Source of the DNA: the human T2T-CHM13v2.0 reference genome, Homo sapiens | Assembly: GCF_009914755.1 (NCBI RefSeq) | Contig: NC_060929.1 | Strand: one strand, 5' to 3' | DNA length: 64,000 bases | Shown: piece by piece, positions 41,066 through 56,909 of the stretch | Layout of the letters: each line of letters starts with the position of its first letter | How positions within the stretch are numbered: position 1 is the stretch's first letter | Notes under the pieces: generated by a model | What the model was told of the DNA's origin: nothing | The model's database searches: none | What the model saw: only the letters and a program-made list of their open reading frames with translations | Program-made: the position numbers and the translations under genes

Positions 41066-42577
41066 CAACTCACACTTATCAACCTCATGGTTCTCCCTTA
41101 TTCAAATAAGAATCATAAAGGAAAAATAAATTCAGAATATGTAGATAATTACTGATGATACAAAATTTAGAAATTAGAGGAGAAAAAATAAAAGAAGAAT
41201 AAAAGAAGACTGAAGAAAGCCCACAGGACATACGTAACAACATTAAGCAAACAATTTTTACATTATAGAAGTGCCAAAGAGAGAAGATATGAAGAAAGGC
41301 ACAGAAAACCCATTTAAGGAAAAAAATAATAAATGAAAAATGTCCAAGTATTAAAACAGATATTTACTGACATTCAGATTTTGGAAACTTAAAAATATCC
41401 AATGAAATCCAACCTATAAAGATCTTCTACAAGGCACACTGCAATCAACTTTTCAAAAGTTAAAGATAAGAGAGAATTCTAAAAGCTGCAATAAAAAAGC
41501 ATCAGGTTGCATGTAAGATAATTCACATTAGACAATCAGCAAATTTCCTAGCCAAAACTTTGCAGGAGAGAAGAGATTGAAATCATTTATTCAGGAAGTG
41601 CTATAAAGGGAGACAAAGGATAATAATTGCTATAATGAAAACACAGAAAGGTATAAAACTCACCAGTACAGGTAAATTTATAAATCAGGTTCAGAATACC
41701 CCACTGGTGTACTGGTGATATGTAAATCTCTGAATCCTCCAGTATAAAGGTTTAAAATCAAAGTGGTCAAAACAACAGCTACAATTAGTGCCTGAGGAAC
41801 ACACAATAGATAAAGAAGTAAATTAAGAAAACAAAAATATAAATCGTGTGTGGGAGGAGAAAAGTCTAGAATATTTTTTCCGCCCAAAATTAAGTTATTA
41901 ATAGCTGAAATAATCTAATTCTATAAAACTGTTTATTAACCCCATGATAACCAAAAAGAAGAAAATTACAGTAGATACAGAAACAAAAAAGATAAAAGAA
42001 CAGATAGAGAACTCAGAAATAAATCCACACATTTAAGTCAAACTGATTTTTGACCAAGTTTCCAAAAACACACATTAAGGAAAAAATAGCCTCTATAATA
42101 AATGGAGCTAAGAAAGCTGAATATCCATAATAGACCTCTACTGCTAACCAGTCTCTTCAATAAATCATGCTGGAAAAATTGAATATCCATATACAGTAGA
42201 ATGTGACTAGCTCCTACCTCTTAGCATATATAACAATTAAATCAAATGGATTAAAGACTTAGGTATAAAACCTAAAACGATGAAACTATTAGAATAAATA
42301 GGAAAATGTTTTATGACACTGGACCAGGCAAGGGTTTCTAAAATAGGACCTCAGAAGCACCGACAAAAGAACCAAAAATAAACAAGTAGGATTATATTAA
42401 ATTACATTTAACTAAAATTTTGTTTGTACAGCATGGGAAACTATTAACAGAATGAAGAGACAACCTACATAATGGGATAAAATATTTTAAAATTATACCT
42501 CTCATGAAGGGTTAATATCTAGACTATTAAGGAATTTAAACAACTCAACAGCAAGAAATTTAAAAATTGCCTATTTA

Positions 42578-42880
42578 GGTTGGGCATGGTGGCTCATGCC
42601 TGTAATCCTAGCACTTTGGGAGGCTGAGGTGGGCGGATCACTTGAGGTCAAAATAGTTCGAGATCAGCCTGACTAACATGGAGAAACTCTGTCTCTACTA
42701 AAAATACAAAATTAGCTAGGCTTAGTAGCACATGCCTATAATCCCAGCTACTCAGGAGGCTGAGGCAAGAGAATTGTTAGAACCTGGGAAGCGGAGGGTG
42801 CGGTGAGCTTAGATCACGCCACTGCACTTCAGTCTGGGCAACAAGAGCAAAACTCCGTAAAAAAAAAAAAAAAAAAAAAA
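42578..42880 (+). mobile_element. AluSp-like
   Basis: Full Alu with A tail, 'aacatggagaaac', 'gcaacaagagcaaaactcc'. Confidence 0.96.
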
Positions 42881-43513
42881 GGAAAAGCCATTTAAAAATT
42901 GGCCAAAATACCTCAAATATTTCTCAAAAGAAAACATACAATGGCCAACCAGTATATTTTAAAAGCCCAACATCACTAAACTACAATGAGAAATCACCTA
43001 ACTGCAGTTAGAATGTCTATTATCAAAAAGACATAGAGATAATAACTGCTGGCAAGGATGTAGAAAACAAGGAATGCTTTCATACTTTTGATGCTAAATC
43101 CATTATGGAAAATAGTAGGGAAGTTCCTCAAAAAATTAACAATAGAACTATTACATGATACAGAAATACCACTACTGGGTATATATCCAAAGGAAATTAT
43201 ATTAGCACATTAAAGAGATATTGGCACTCCAGTGTTTATTGCAGCATTGTTTATAATATCCAAGATATAGAATCAAACAGCCAATCAATACCCAACAACA
43301 AATAAGTGAATAATGACAAAATGATATATATATATATATATATATACACACAAAGTAATACAATTTGGCAATTAAAAAGAAGAAAATTCTGTCATTTCTA
43401 ACAATAGAATAAATCTGGAAGATATCATGTTAAGTGAAATAAACCAGACACAGAAATATAATATTGCTTGATCTCACTCATATTTGGAATCTAAAAAGAA
43501 AAAAAAAAGTTTT

Positions 43514-44391
43514 TGATAGCAGCAGGAGACAGAAAAATTCCTAGGCAGACAGGGATGGGTTGCCAGTAAAACCTGAACTTAAAGCCAAAGACAGCATGAA
43601 GCCTGAAAACTGAGCTGCCAGTTCAAGGTGGAGCCCACAACTAGAGTGAGAACTTCCTCTATGCCTTTTAGTCAAATAGTGCTTTTACCAGGTCTGCTCA
43701 TGGACCAATCAGCATGTACTCTCCCACTTTGAGCTCATAAAAGCCCTGAACCCAGCCTCACAGATGGTTACCTGCTTTCGGGCCCTCTCTCACACAGAGG
43801 GCTACCCAGTTTGGGTTCCCTCTCATTTTCGAGAGCTCTTCTGTCACTCAATAAAATTCTTCTCTGCCTTGTTCATTCTCCAGTGTCTGCACACCTCATT
43901 CCTCCTGGTTGTGGGACAAGAAACACATCTACCAGCAGGTGTAACACTCGCTCCTGCTTGGCAAGCTATGGGAGTGAAAAAACCACAGGGCACCACACTC
44001 TCCCGTTCACGGAACTGTGGGCAGTGGGAACAAAGAGCGCTAACACTTCCTGGGGGCTCAGACCTCGGGACTCCCAGAGCAAAAGCTGTAACACCCCTTG
44101 GGGTGCCATGGTTGCTAGCATCTCCAGGTTTTTGGGAACCGCTGCATCCACCTCATCCGGGTGCTGATGCCCAAGGTGGAAGCTGGTCACAGCATGTCCT
44201 CCAGACCATTCATGGGCTGAATGCAGAGCCATGACGGGCCTGGGATCCAGGCCAGTAGCTTGAGTTGACTCCAGCTTGCTGGGCTGATTGGGCAGAGTGA
44301 GCCCAGCAGGCCTAAGCGAAGCGTGGGCACAGGCACCACCAGCAATGAAGATTTCTCAATAGCGAAGCAGCACCAAAAGTATCCTGTGTCA
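43514..44391 (+). mobile_element. ERV1 solo LTR (LTR27/LTR28/MER52 group), 878 bp, nested in the L1 3' UTR
   Basis: TG...CA ends ('tgatagcagcaggagacag' ... 'atcctgtgtca'); CCAAT 'gaccaatcagc', TATA-like 'cataaaagcc', AATAAA near 43850; L1 resumes after. Confidence 0.85.
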
Positions 44392-45188
44392 TTATTATCA
44401 TAGAAGCCGACAGTATAAGAGTGGTTAGAAGAGACTAGGGAGTGAAGAGAGAAGGGGAGGATGGAGAGAGGCTGGTCAATGGGTACAAAATTACAATACG
44501 ATAGAAGGAATATATTTAAGTGTTCTAATACACAGTAGAGTGACTATGGTAACAGCAGAGTGCTGTATTACGAAACAGCTGTAAGAGAGGATTTTGAATG
44601 TTCTCACCACAAAGAAATGAAGAATGAATGTGGTCATGGATATATTAACTACCCTGATTTGATCACTACACAACAGAAATACATATTAAAACATTAAACT
44701 GTTCGTCAGTTTAAAGCAATTAAATATGTTTAATTGCAATGTGTCTATTAGAAATATCAATTAATTAAAACATAAATATGATTAGTAGCATGTTATAATA
44801 CCAATGGATTTACTTGGAAACTTAGGACTTTTAGTGCTCACTTACCAGACTCTATCAAAAAAATTGTCCAGAAAAAAGTACATTAGTATCACTTATTAAT
44901 TATAAAAAGGCATAATTTTATGTATTTTTATTTATTTTATAATTTTATATGTTACATATATATATACAAAATTTTATATTTGTATTTTATATGAAAACAC
45001 AGAGGGCGAAGTTAAGTAGAAGGCTAGTATGATACCATTACTTATAAAAAAATAAATATTGCTCTTTTGATGAGAAATTACTGTTCTTAGTAGAACAAGA
45101 TCGAGTGCTTACAATTCATTAAGGAGAATTTTATAATTAATAAAGGTTACATTGCAAAACAATGTGAAATATATAATTTGCTTAATAG

Positions 45189-45560
45189 TGTTATGGAATA
45201 AATTGTGCTCTCCAAAAATTTATATGTAGAATCTCTAACCCCCAATATGACTGTAGTTGGAGACGGGTTCTCAAAGAGTTAGTTAAGGTTAAAATGAGCA
45301 CCTAAGAGCACAACCCTAATTCAGCTGGAATGTTGTCCTTATAAAAAGTGGGAGAAGCAATCAAGGGTGCACTCTCACAGAGAGAAGGACATGTGAGGAT
45401 ACAGCAAGAAGATGAACATCTGAAAGCCAAGAAGTGAGGCCCCAGGAGAAATCAAACCTGCTGGACTTTCCACCTCCAGAATTGTGTGTAAATAACTTTC
45501 TATTGCTTAAGTCACACAGTCTGTAATATTTGTGGATGACATTACTAATAGAATAATACA
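45189..45560 (+). mobile_element. MLT1B/MLT1A-like solo LTR
   Basis: 'tgttatggaataaattgtg...cctccagaattgtg...taataca'. Confidence 0.88.
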
Positions 45561-45732
45561 GATGATTTGCTAAAAGTTGAATCACTTTATGGAAGAAAAA
45601 TAAATATGGTCATGAAACACAGATCAAAGTGCAACTCTGCTTTCATTCAATGCAAATTAGGTAATTTGCCTCAACTGTCCTGCTCTAGATGAAATACATT
45701 AAAATAATTTGCTTATAAACATTGAAGATTGC

Positions 45733-46033
45733 TGAGTGAGTGCAGTGGCTCACATCTGTAATCCCAGCACTTTGGGAGGCTGAGGTGGGCAGATCACTTT
45801 AGTCCAGGAGTTCAAACCAGCCTGGACAACATGGTGAAATCCTGACTCTACAACAAATACAAAATGGCATCATGTCACATGCCTGTAGTCTCAGCTACTT
45901 GGGAAGATGAGGTGGGACGATTGCTTGAGCCCAGAAGGTGAGGTTGCAGCGAGCCATGATCATGCCACTGAACTCTAGCCTGGGCAACAGAGTGAGACCT
46001 CATGTTAAAATAATAATAATAATAATAATAAAA
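45733..46033 (+). mobile_element. AluJ-like with (TAA)n tail
   Basis: 'gggacgattgcttgagccc', 'gagccatgatcatgcc'; TSD gaagatt. Confidence 0.93.
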
Positions 46034-46556
46034 GCTAAGAAGATTGTAAAATAATTAGCAGAAGAGAGGAAGAAAGGTTCTGGCAGAAGTAGTTCTGCAG
46101 TTGGGAGCTCCTTTTTCCTGAGGACACAGGCTGCTGTTATAGGGGAAAGCTAAAAGGTGAACCTTTCCTACTGTAGCAGCATTTAAGAGCTAGAATGGTA
46201 TAAATTGTTTTTTGTCCTTGGTGAATACACTTTCAATTTTGGTAGAGATCTCAAAAAGATGCACTATATTAACATATTCTTAATATATTCAAGATAATAA
46301 AATTTCAGGTATGAATTTCAAGAGAGAATTAGAGACTATAAAAAACTATTACAAATTTTAATATATAATAATATAGCAACTGAAATTAAGAATTCATTGG
46401 ATGGTTTTAACAGCAAACTATGAGAGATATATAGAAAATTGTTAAATTAAATAGGTCAGAAGCTAAACGGATAATTAGTAGATTGAATAGGTCAGAAGAA
46501 AATTTCCACAGCAAAACTGAGACAGATAAAGAATTTTTAATAATGCAGAAAAGATA

Positions 46557-46928
<372 letters not shown>

Positions 46929-47941
46929 TCAGAATAAGAGGATAAATAAAAGAGTCGCTTCAAATATTTGAGAAAATAAAGGAAAATAATCTGCCAAAGC
47001 TAAAAAAAAAAAAACCGTAAATTCTACAAGCTATCAGATGGAAAAATATGTATTTCAAAAATTTTCAAACAGTTCCTTAGTGGTGAAACTGCTCAAAATA
47101 AAAAGTATTAAAGAAAAAAGTCTTAAGAGTATTGAGAGAAAAAAAGAGAAATTACTAAAAATATAAAAATAAACTAACGGCTGACTTGACAACTGAAACA
47201 CTGAAAACCAGAAAATAATAAAACAGTATTCTCAAACTACTGAAATAAAATATGTGCCAGCTTAGGATTTTGTAATGTCATATGTCTTCAAAAATAAATG
47301 AAAATGTAAAAATTTCAATGAAACAAAAATTGTGGTATACCCTAACCAGCGTACATTTACTAAACTAAATAAAATCTTTAAAAAGTAAGAAAATAAAAGT
47401 ATAGAAATGCAGAAAAAATAAATACCAAATTACAATAGATAAAAATTATATAAATATAAATGAATATTTACTTTAGTATAATTAGTATTTTGGAAATGTT
47501 ATATGTGTATAAGTACATACATATAAACATATGACAGAAATAAAGAGGAAGAATATAGTAACTTTTCAAAGACCTTTATGTTGTTGTAAAAATAGTAAAT
47601 GTATTATTAATAATGAAAGAATAATGAGTGCTACCATTTGCAGCATAAACATTAAGTAATAGTATTCTGTAAATGCCAGTTTAGTTTAGCTTTAAAATGA
47701 AATTAAAATACTAAGACAATATAAAAAGTTTAAAAAGGAAGAAAGCAACATACTGTAGGCGTAACAGATAAAAGCTCTAAAAATTGTAGATATGAATCTA
47801 AATATATCAATAATAATGCTAAATTGTAAATTAGCTATAGCTATGCTTAAGGACCTAGATTTTAAACTTGATGAAAAGAAGAAAACTCAGTTATATGCTT
47901 TTTATAAGGACACTCTCAAAACTTAAGGACATAGAAGAAAT

Positions 47942-48520
47942 TGTGTTAGTTTCCTTGGCTGCCATAACAAAGTATTACAAATGTGTTAGCTTGAAACAAC
48001 AGAAATTTATCCTCTCACCATTCTGAGGCTGGAATTCTGAACTTAAGGGTCCTTATTCTATGAGAGAGAAAGGTCTTGCTTTGTCTGAAGTTTCTAGGGG
48101 AGACTACTTTGCCTCTTCCTAGTTTCCGGTGGTTTCTTGCAATCCTTGGTGTTCCTTAGCTTAAAGATGCTTCACTCCAATATCTGCTAGTCATTCCATG
48201 GCAGCCAGCCTGTGTATCTGTGTCCCAGATTCCCACTTTGAATGACACAGGTATGTTGCATTTAGAATCCATAATAATCTCGCAAATTTTATCTTAACTT
48301 GATTACAGCTAAAAAATAACCTGCTGCCAAATCAAGTCACATTTACAGATCTGGGTACATATAAATTTTAGTTAGACACTATTCAACCCAGTATAGTCCT
48401 TCCTTTTGCCCCAAAAATCCATGTCCTTTCCACAAGCATATTACATTCCAGTATCCCCAAAATCTTAGCGCATTCCATCAATAACTCTAAATGTAAAATC
48501 TCATCCGAATACTGTCAGCT
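47942..48520 (-). mobile_element. MLT1 LTR (47942-48395) plus adjacent MLT1-int piece
   Basis: 'tgtgttagtttccttggctgccataacaaagtattacaaa...gacactattcaacccagtata' then int-like 'ccccaaaaatccatgtcctt'. Confidence 0.8.
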
Positions 48521-48934
48521 CAAAATAAATAAAATTAGTAGAATCTCAACAAAAATAAAACACATAGAAGGCATATTAAAATCCAGGCACAAGTAAAAAA
48601 TAATAAATAAAACGAAAAGTGTTTTGAAGATTAGTAGAATTGATAAAGATCTAGTAATAATATCAAGATAAAATAAATCTATAAATTATTGATATTTTCA
48701 ATGAAAGTGAGGATATCACAAGAGACACTAAATGTATTAGAAACATAATTAGTAATAAAATAAATAAGTTTATACAAATTCAACAACTTAGAGAAAATGA
48801 ACAAATTATTTAAAATGCACTAATAGAATAGACACAACATAAAATGTACAGTATAAATAGCCCTATATTGCTGAAAAATTGATCAATAATATTTTACCAA
48901 CAAAACACCAATTTTCACACGCATATTTTTACTC

Positions 48935-49835
48935 CTGCTGCATCAAACTAAAACGGTTGTGCACAGCAAAGGAAACAGAGTGAAAAGAGAACCTATAGAA
49001 TGGGAGAAAATATTCACAAACCACATATTTAAGTGGCTAATATCCAAAATATATAAGAATCTCAATTAATAGCAAAAAAATGAATTAAAATTCTACAGAA
49101 GACCTCAGTAGATATTTCTCAAAAGAAGACACGCAAAAGGCCAACAGATATATGAGAAAGTGGTCAACATTACTAGTCATCGGGAAAATGCAAGTCAAAA
49201 GCACAGTGAGATACCACCTCATACCTGTTAGGATAGGTGTTATCGAAAAGACAGAGTAAGTATTGGCAGGAATATGAAGAAAAGGGGATCCTTGTACACT
49301 GTGAGAATGTAAATTAGTACTGTCATTTGACAGACAGAGTGAAAGTTCTTTAAAAAATTAAACATAGAACTACCATATGATATAGCAACCACACTTATGG
49401 GTATACATTCAAAGGAAATGAAATCAGTATCTCAGAGATTTCTGCATTCCTATGTTCATTGCAGCATTATTCATAGACAAGATGTGAAAATAACCTTGCT
49501 TATATATGGCATAATATTCTTATATATTCCATTATGCACAATATCCCATTATACAAATAATTTCCCATTATGTATGTATAGGTTTGGTTCCATGAGATGA
49601 ATAATTTCTGGAGATCAAATGTACATCATGGTTACTATAATTAACCAGATGATATTATATATTTGAAATTGGCTTAGAGGGTCGACCTCAACTGTTCTCA
49701 TTTACAATATTAACAATGTCTACCTATATCAAAAAATCAAGTTGTACACCTTAAACATATACCATTTTTTGTCAATTTACCTCAGTAAAATTGAAGTTAA
49801 ATAAATGTGAATATATATATATATATAAAAGTTCA
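48935..49835 (+). mobile_element. L1MA 3' end
   Basis: 'catcaaactaaaacggttgtgcacagcaaaggaaac...gttgtacaccttaaacatatac'. Confidence 0.85.
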
Positions 49836-50034
49836 AAAATAAAACACAAATGTTCAGTTTTCACTGATAAATATTAATCAACCATTTAAGGTGAAAATAT
49901 CTATTTTATACAAACTCTTTCAAAATAGTGCCAAAAATTGAACACTTTTCAATTAATTTTATGAGGCCAACATAACTCTGATACCACAACCAGGCAAAGA
50001 CATTACGAACAAATTTTCCCTCATGACGAATAAT

Positions 50035-50035
<1 letters not shown>

Positions 50036-50082
<47 letters not shown>

Positions 50083-50362
50083 ACAGAGTCTTGCCCTGTC
50101 GCTCAGGCTGGAGTACATTGGCACAATCTCGGCTCACTGCGACCTCCACCTCCTGGCTTCAAGCTATTCTCCTGCCTCAGCCTCCGGAGTAGCTGGGATT
50201 ACGGGCATGCACCACCATGCCCGGCTAATTTTTGTATTTTCAGTGGAGACAGGGTTTCTCCACAGTGGCCAGGGTTCTCTCGAACTCCTAACCTCAAGTG
50301 ATTCCACCCACCTCGGCTTCCCAAAGTGCTGGGATTACAGACATGAGCCACTGTGCTAGGCC
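50036..50362 (-). mobile_element. AluS whose tail is a (CA)n microsatellite (50037-50080)
   Basis: TSD atgacgaataatt / atgattaataatt encloses Alu and TG run. Confidence 0.96.
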
Positions 50363-51609
50363 ATGATTAATAATTCTATATTTTCAAATATATTTAGCAG
50401 TTAGAAAATTATAAAATCCTATCAAATAACATTTATCTCAGGAATGCAATGTTGACATAATATTGGAAAAGTTTTTCATGTGATACTTTATGTTAAAATA
50501 AGGGATAAAAAAATATGCTTTTATCACAATAGATGTAAACATTTTAAAAAGCAATGAACAAAAGTCATCACTTCTTTTTGATTGTAATCTCAGCAAACTC
50601 GTATTAAATAGGAATGTCCTTACCTGATAAGCAGAATCTATGAAAGATCTACAGTCAGCATTCATCATTCTGTATTTTTTTTTACTATATACTTTTTGCC
50701 TTTGTGTTACTATAGACTTTCTGCATATACTATTTGCCTTTTTCTTATCAGAACTAAGTAGTGTGTTCTTTCAGTTTCCTTTTTTTTTTTTTTTTTTGTC
50801 CCCAGGGAAATATGGTTGAAACAGCAGAGATCAGTTGGCCACCCCGTATCAATCAGTGTGGTTTAGTGGTTAGACTGTAAGAGTTACTGATAGGCACTCA
50901 AAAATTGCTGAAACATGCATAATCTGATTTTTAAAAAAGCATCGCATACATTACTGACGAAGTAATGATGCATTGTTATGTGTCAAGAAAACCTCTCTTC
51001 TTGCTCAGAGGAGAGTCATAACGTTTTAGAATGATCAGAAAAGGTTTCATGTCGGGGACAGAAGTCTTCTGAATAATAAAATTCTAATCCAGTATCAAAA
51101 TCCCACCTTCGGTTTTTCTTCTGCTTGCCTTGGCATAGATAATAGGCTTCTTTCAAAGCAGTCTTAATTGCAAGCATTAGAATAACAGCCCATTTTTTCA
51201 CCACTGACAATGCCTATAAAAGGCAGCCACTTTAGAATTAACAATTTATTTCACCATACTCAGAAACTTCTGTGCAGGAAACTGGCGATTAGTGACCAGC
51301 ATCAACGAAATAGAACACAATTATTAGCCAAATTATTTGTAATAGTCTTATACTCATGTAGGCACTCTCAAAGATGGACGTTTCTTCTTCCATGATATTT
51401 TGCAAGTTATACTATTTCACTAATATTGTAAGAAACTTAACTACAGAGTAATTATAGAAATTTAGTGAGTTACATCTGTCTGCATGTTGAACATACAAAA
51501 ATGGTATAATTTTATTAAATAATAAGATTAGAATTTTCCTATGACAAAAATAAAAGGTCAGTTTTTGTTTTCACGGATACCTTTTTAAATATTTAAATAT
51601 ATTAAGCTA

Positions 51610-51773
51610 TTTTTTTTCTTTTTATAAACAGGGTCTCACTCTATTGCCCAGGCTGGAGGGTAGTGGTGCAATCACTGGCTCACTGCAGCCTGGACCTACC
51701 TGGGCTCAAGCGATCCTCCCACCTCAATCTCCCCAGTAGCAAGGGCTACAGGCATGCACCTCCATGCCCGTCT

Positions 51774-51807
<34 letters not shown>

Positions 51808-51923
51808 TAGAGACGGGTTTTGCCGTGTTCCTCAGGCTGGTCTTGAAATCCTGAGCTCAAGCGATCCGCCTGCCTTCGACTTCTAAAGTGCTAGGATTAC
51901 ATGTGTGAGCCACCGTGCCAGCC
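51610..51923 (-). mobile_element. AluJ
   Basis: 'gggctcaagcgatcctcccacctca'; extended middle T run. Confidence 0.95.
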
Positions 51924-53206
51924 GGCAGCGAGCCTTAAACTTCATTATCCACCAGTTCAAATTATCAGAGAGAAAGTACGTAATTTTCAGCCCCTGAAAA
52001 TTAATTTTCTTGTTACTTTTCTCCTAAGATGTATATTTGTTTTTATTATAAATGAAACAAATAAAAATAAAAGATATATTGGCATAAAAATACAACTAGA
52101 ACTCTATATTTTTGTCTGATTTATCCTAGTTTTAAAAAATGTAAATTAGAAAATTAAAAATTATATATATTTATGGTATATAACATAATGATACATGTAT
52201 ACATTGTGGAATGACTAAAGCTATTTAACATATGCATTGCATCACATTATTTTTATGGTGAGGACACTGAAAATCTACTCTCTTAGCAATTTTCAAGCAT
52301 ACAATATATTGCTAATAACTATAGTCACTATGGTGTACTATAGATACCTTTCCAAACTAAAATGTGTCTTTCCACCATCATCTCTCCAATTCCTCAACTA
52401 AAGCCACTGGTAACCACCATTTTACTCTCTTTTTCCTTGTAGAACTCACCATATTTACTTTGTTTTTTTATCATTTGGGTTGCCAATAATTATACACAAA
52501 AAAATCAGATGAACATGTTTTAGACTACTAACATAATCTAACTTTCACTATTATTCCCAGCCTGTAGTAACCATCATTCTGCTGTCTACCTCCATGAAAT
52601 CAATTTGTTTATTTCCCACATAAGAGTGAGAATATGTGGCATTTGTCTTTCTGTTTCCTGGCTTATTTCACTTAACATAATGACCTCCAGTTCCATCCAT
52701 GTTGCTGCAAATGACAGGATTTTCTTCTTTATTATGGCCAATAGTATTCTATTGTGTATATACATCACATTTTCTTCATCCATCCATTGATGGAGATTTA
52801 GGTTGATTCCATATTTTGGCTATTGTGAATAGTGTGTGATAAACATGGGGGTGTAGCTATCTATTTGATATGTTGATTTTCTTTTGATTTTATTGATATA
52901 TCACCCACTAGTAAAATTGCTGGTATTTTCAGTTTTGTTTTTTTGAGAAACTTCTATAGTATTCTCTGCAGTGGCTACAGTAATTCACTTTGCCACCAAC
53001 AGAGTATGAGCTTTCCCCTTTCTCCACATCTTCACCAGCATCCATCATTGCCTTTTTAATAAAAGCCATTTTTAACTGGGTGAGGTAATGTCTCACTGTA
53101 GTTGTGATTTGAATTTCTCTGATTATTAGTAATGTTGAACATTTTACTTATACCTTCCTGCCATTTGTATGTCTTCTGAAAAATATCTACTCATATTTTT
53201 ATCCAT

Positions 53207-53512
53207 TTTATTTACTTATTTATTTTGAGATAGAATCTTGCTCTGTCACCCAGTCTAGAGTGAAATGGTGACATCATGGCTCACTGCATTCTCAAACTCC
53301 TGGCCTTAATTGATTCTCCTGCCTCAGCCTCCCCAGTAGCTGGGACTACAGGTGTGTGCTATCATGCCTGGCTAACTTATTTATAATTATTTCGTAGAGA
53401 CAGGGCCTCACTATGTTGCCAGAGCTAGTCTTGAACTCCTGGCCTCAAGTGCTCTTCCAGCCTCAGCCTCTCAAAGTGCTGAGATTGCAGGAGTGAGTCA
53501 CTGTGTCTAGCC
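53207..53512 (-). mobile_element. AluJ nested in L1
   Basis: Full antisense Alu with J-type features. Confidence 0.94.
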
Positions 53513-54945
53513 TTGTCCGGTTTAAAATGGAATCACTTTGCTTTTCTATTGAGTTGTTTGAGGTCCTTATATATTATTTCTAGTTATTAATCTCTTGTCA
53601 CATGGAGAGTTTGCAAATATTTTCTGCCATTCTATAGGCTGTCTCTTCACTTTGTTGATTGTTTCTATTGCTGTACAGAAGGTTTTTAGCTGATATAATC
53701 CCATTTGTCCATTTTTGCTTTGGTTGCCTGTGCTTTTGAGGTCTGTCTTAGGAAATCTTTGCCTAGACTAATGTCTTGACATGTTTCCCCAGTGTTTTCT
53801 TCTAGGAACTTCATAATTCCAGGTTTTAGATTTGAGTCTTTAATTTTTATTTGATTTTTGTGTATGCTGAGAGAAAGGGATCTAGTTTCATTCTTTTGCA
53901 TATACTTATCTAGTTTACCCAGCACATTTATTGAAAAGACAGTCCTTTTTCCATCGTATGTTCTTGGCAACTTGGTCAAATATAAGTTGACTGTAAATGT
54001 ACAAATTCGTATCTGAGTCTTCTATTCTTTTCCATTGGTATATGTGTCTGTTTTCATGTCAGTACCATGCTGTTTTGGTGACTATAGTTCTGTAGTAAAT
54101 TTAAAAGTCAGATATTGTGATGACTCCAGTATTTTTTGTTATTGCTCAGGACTGTTTGGCTATTTGGAGGCTTTAGTAGTTAAACATAAATTTTAGCATT
54201 TTAAAAAAATTTCTGTGAAGAATGTCATTGAAATTTTAATTGAGATTACATTGAATCTATAAATTGCTTTGTGTAGTATTGTTCACTTTTACAATATTAA
54301 TTATTCCAATCCATGTGCATGCAATATATTTCCATTTTTGTGTCCTTGTCAATTTCTTTTATCAGGGTTTTATAACTTTTGTTTTACAGATCTTGCATTT
54401 CTTTGGTTAAATTTATTTCTAGGTATTTTATAGCTATTGTAAATGTGATTGCTTTCTTGATGTCTCTTTTAGATTATTCATTTCAATCATATATAAATGC
54501 TACTGATTTTTGTGCATATATATTTTTACCTACTGCATTTATCAGTTTTTACAATTTTTTGTGGAGTCTTTGGGTTTTTCTAACTATAAGATTATGTCAT
54601 CTGTGTAAGATTATGTTTCTTTGATGCCCTTTATTTCTTTCTCTTGCCTAAATGTTCTAGCCAGGACTTCCAGTACTATGCTGAATAAAAGTGGTGAAAG
54701 TGGGCATCCTTTTTAAATTCCAGATCTTAGAGAAAAGGCCTTCAATTTGTTCTTATACAGTAGGATGGTAGCTGTGGGTTTGTCATATATGGCTTATTTT
54801 TGGATATTTTCCTTCTATAACCAAGTGGATGAGTGTTTTTATTATAAAAGGATGATGAATTTTATTGAATGCTTTTTCAAGCTGATCATACTGATGATTA
54901 TATGATTTTGTTTTTGGTTCTGGTAATGTGATGTATCTCATTTTT

Positions 54946-56909
<1,964 letters not shown>

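Larger units (their letters stand above)
41100..44770 (+). mobile_element. Fragmented L1MA (ORF1 piece, ORF2 3' part, 3' UTR) with nested Alu and ERV1 LTR
   Basis: 'agaactcagaaataaatccacac', 'aaatggattaaagactta', 'ttttgaatgttctcaccacaaagaaatg'. Confidence 0.85.

Noticed and set aside
43764-44234. 156-aa and 118-aa ORFs
   Set aside because: They lie inside a GC-richer solo LTR and show no recognisable protein motif.
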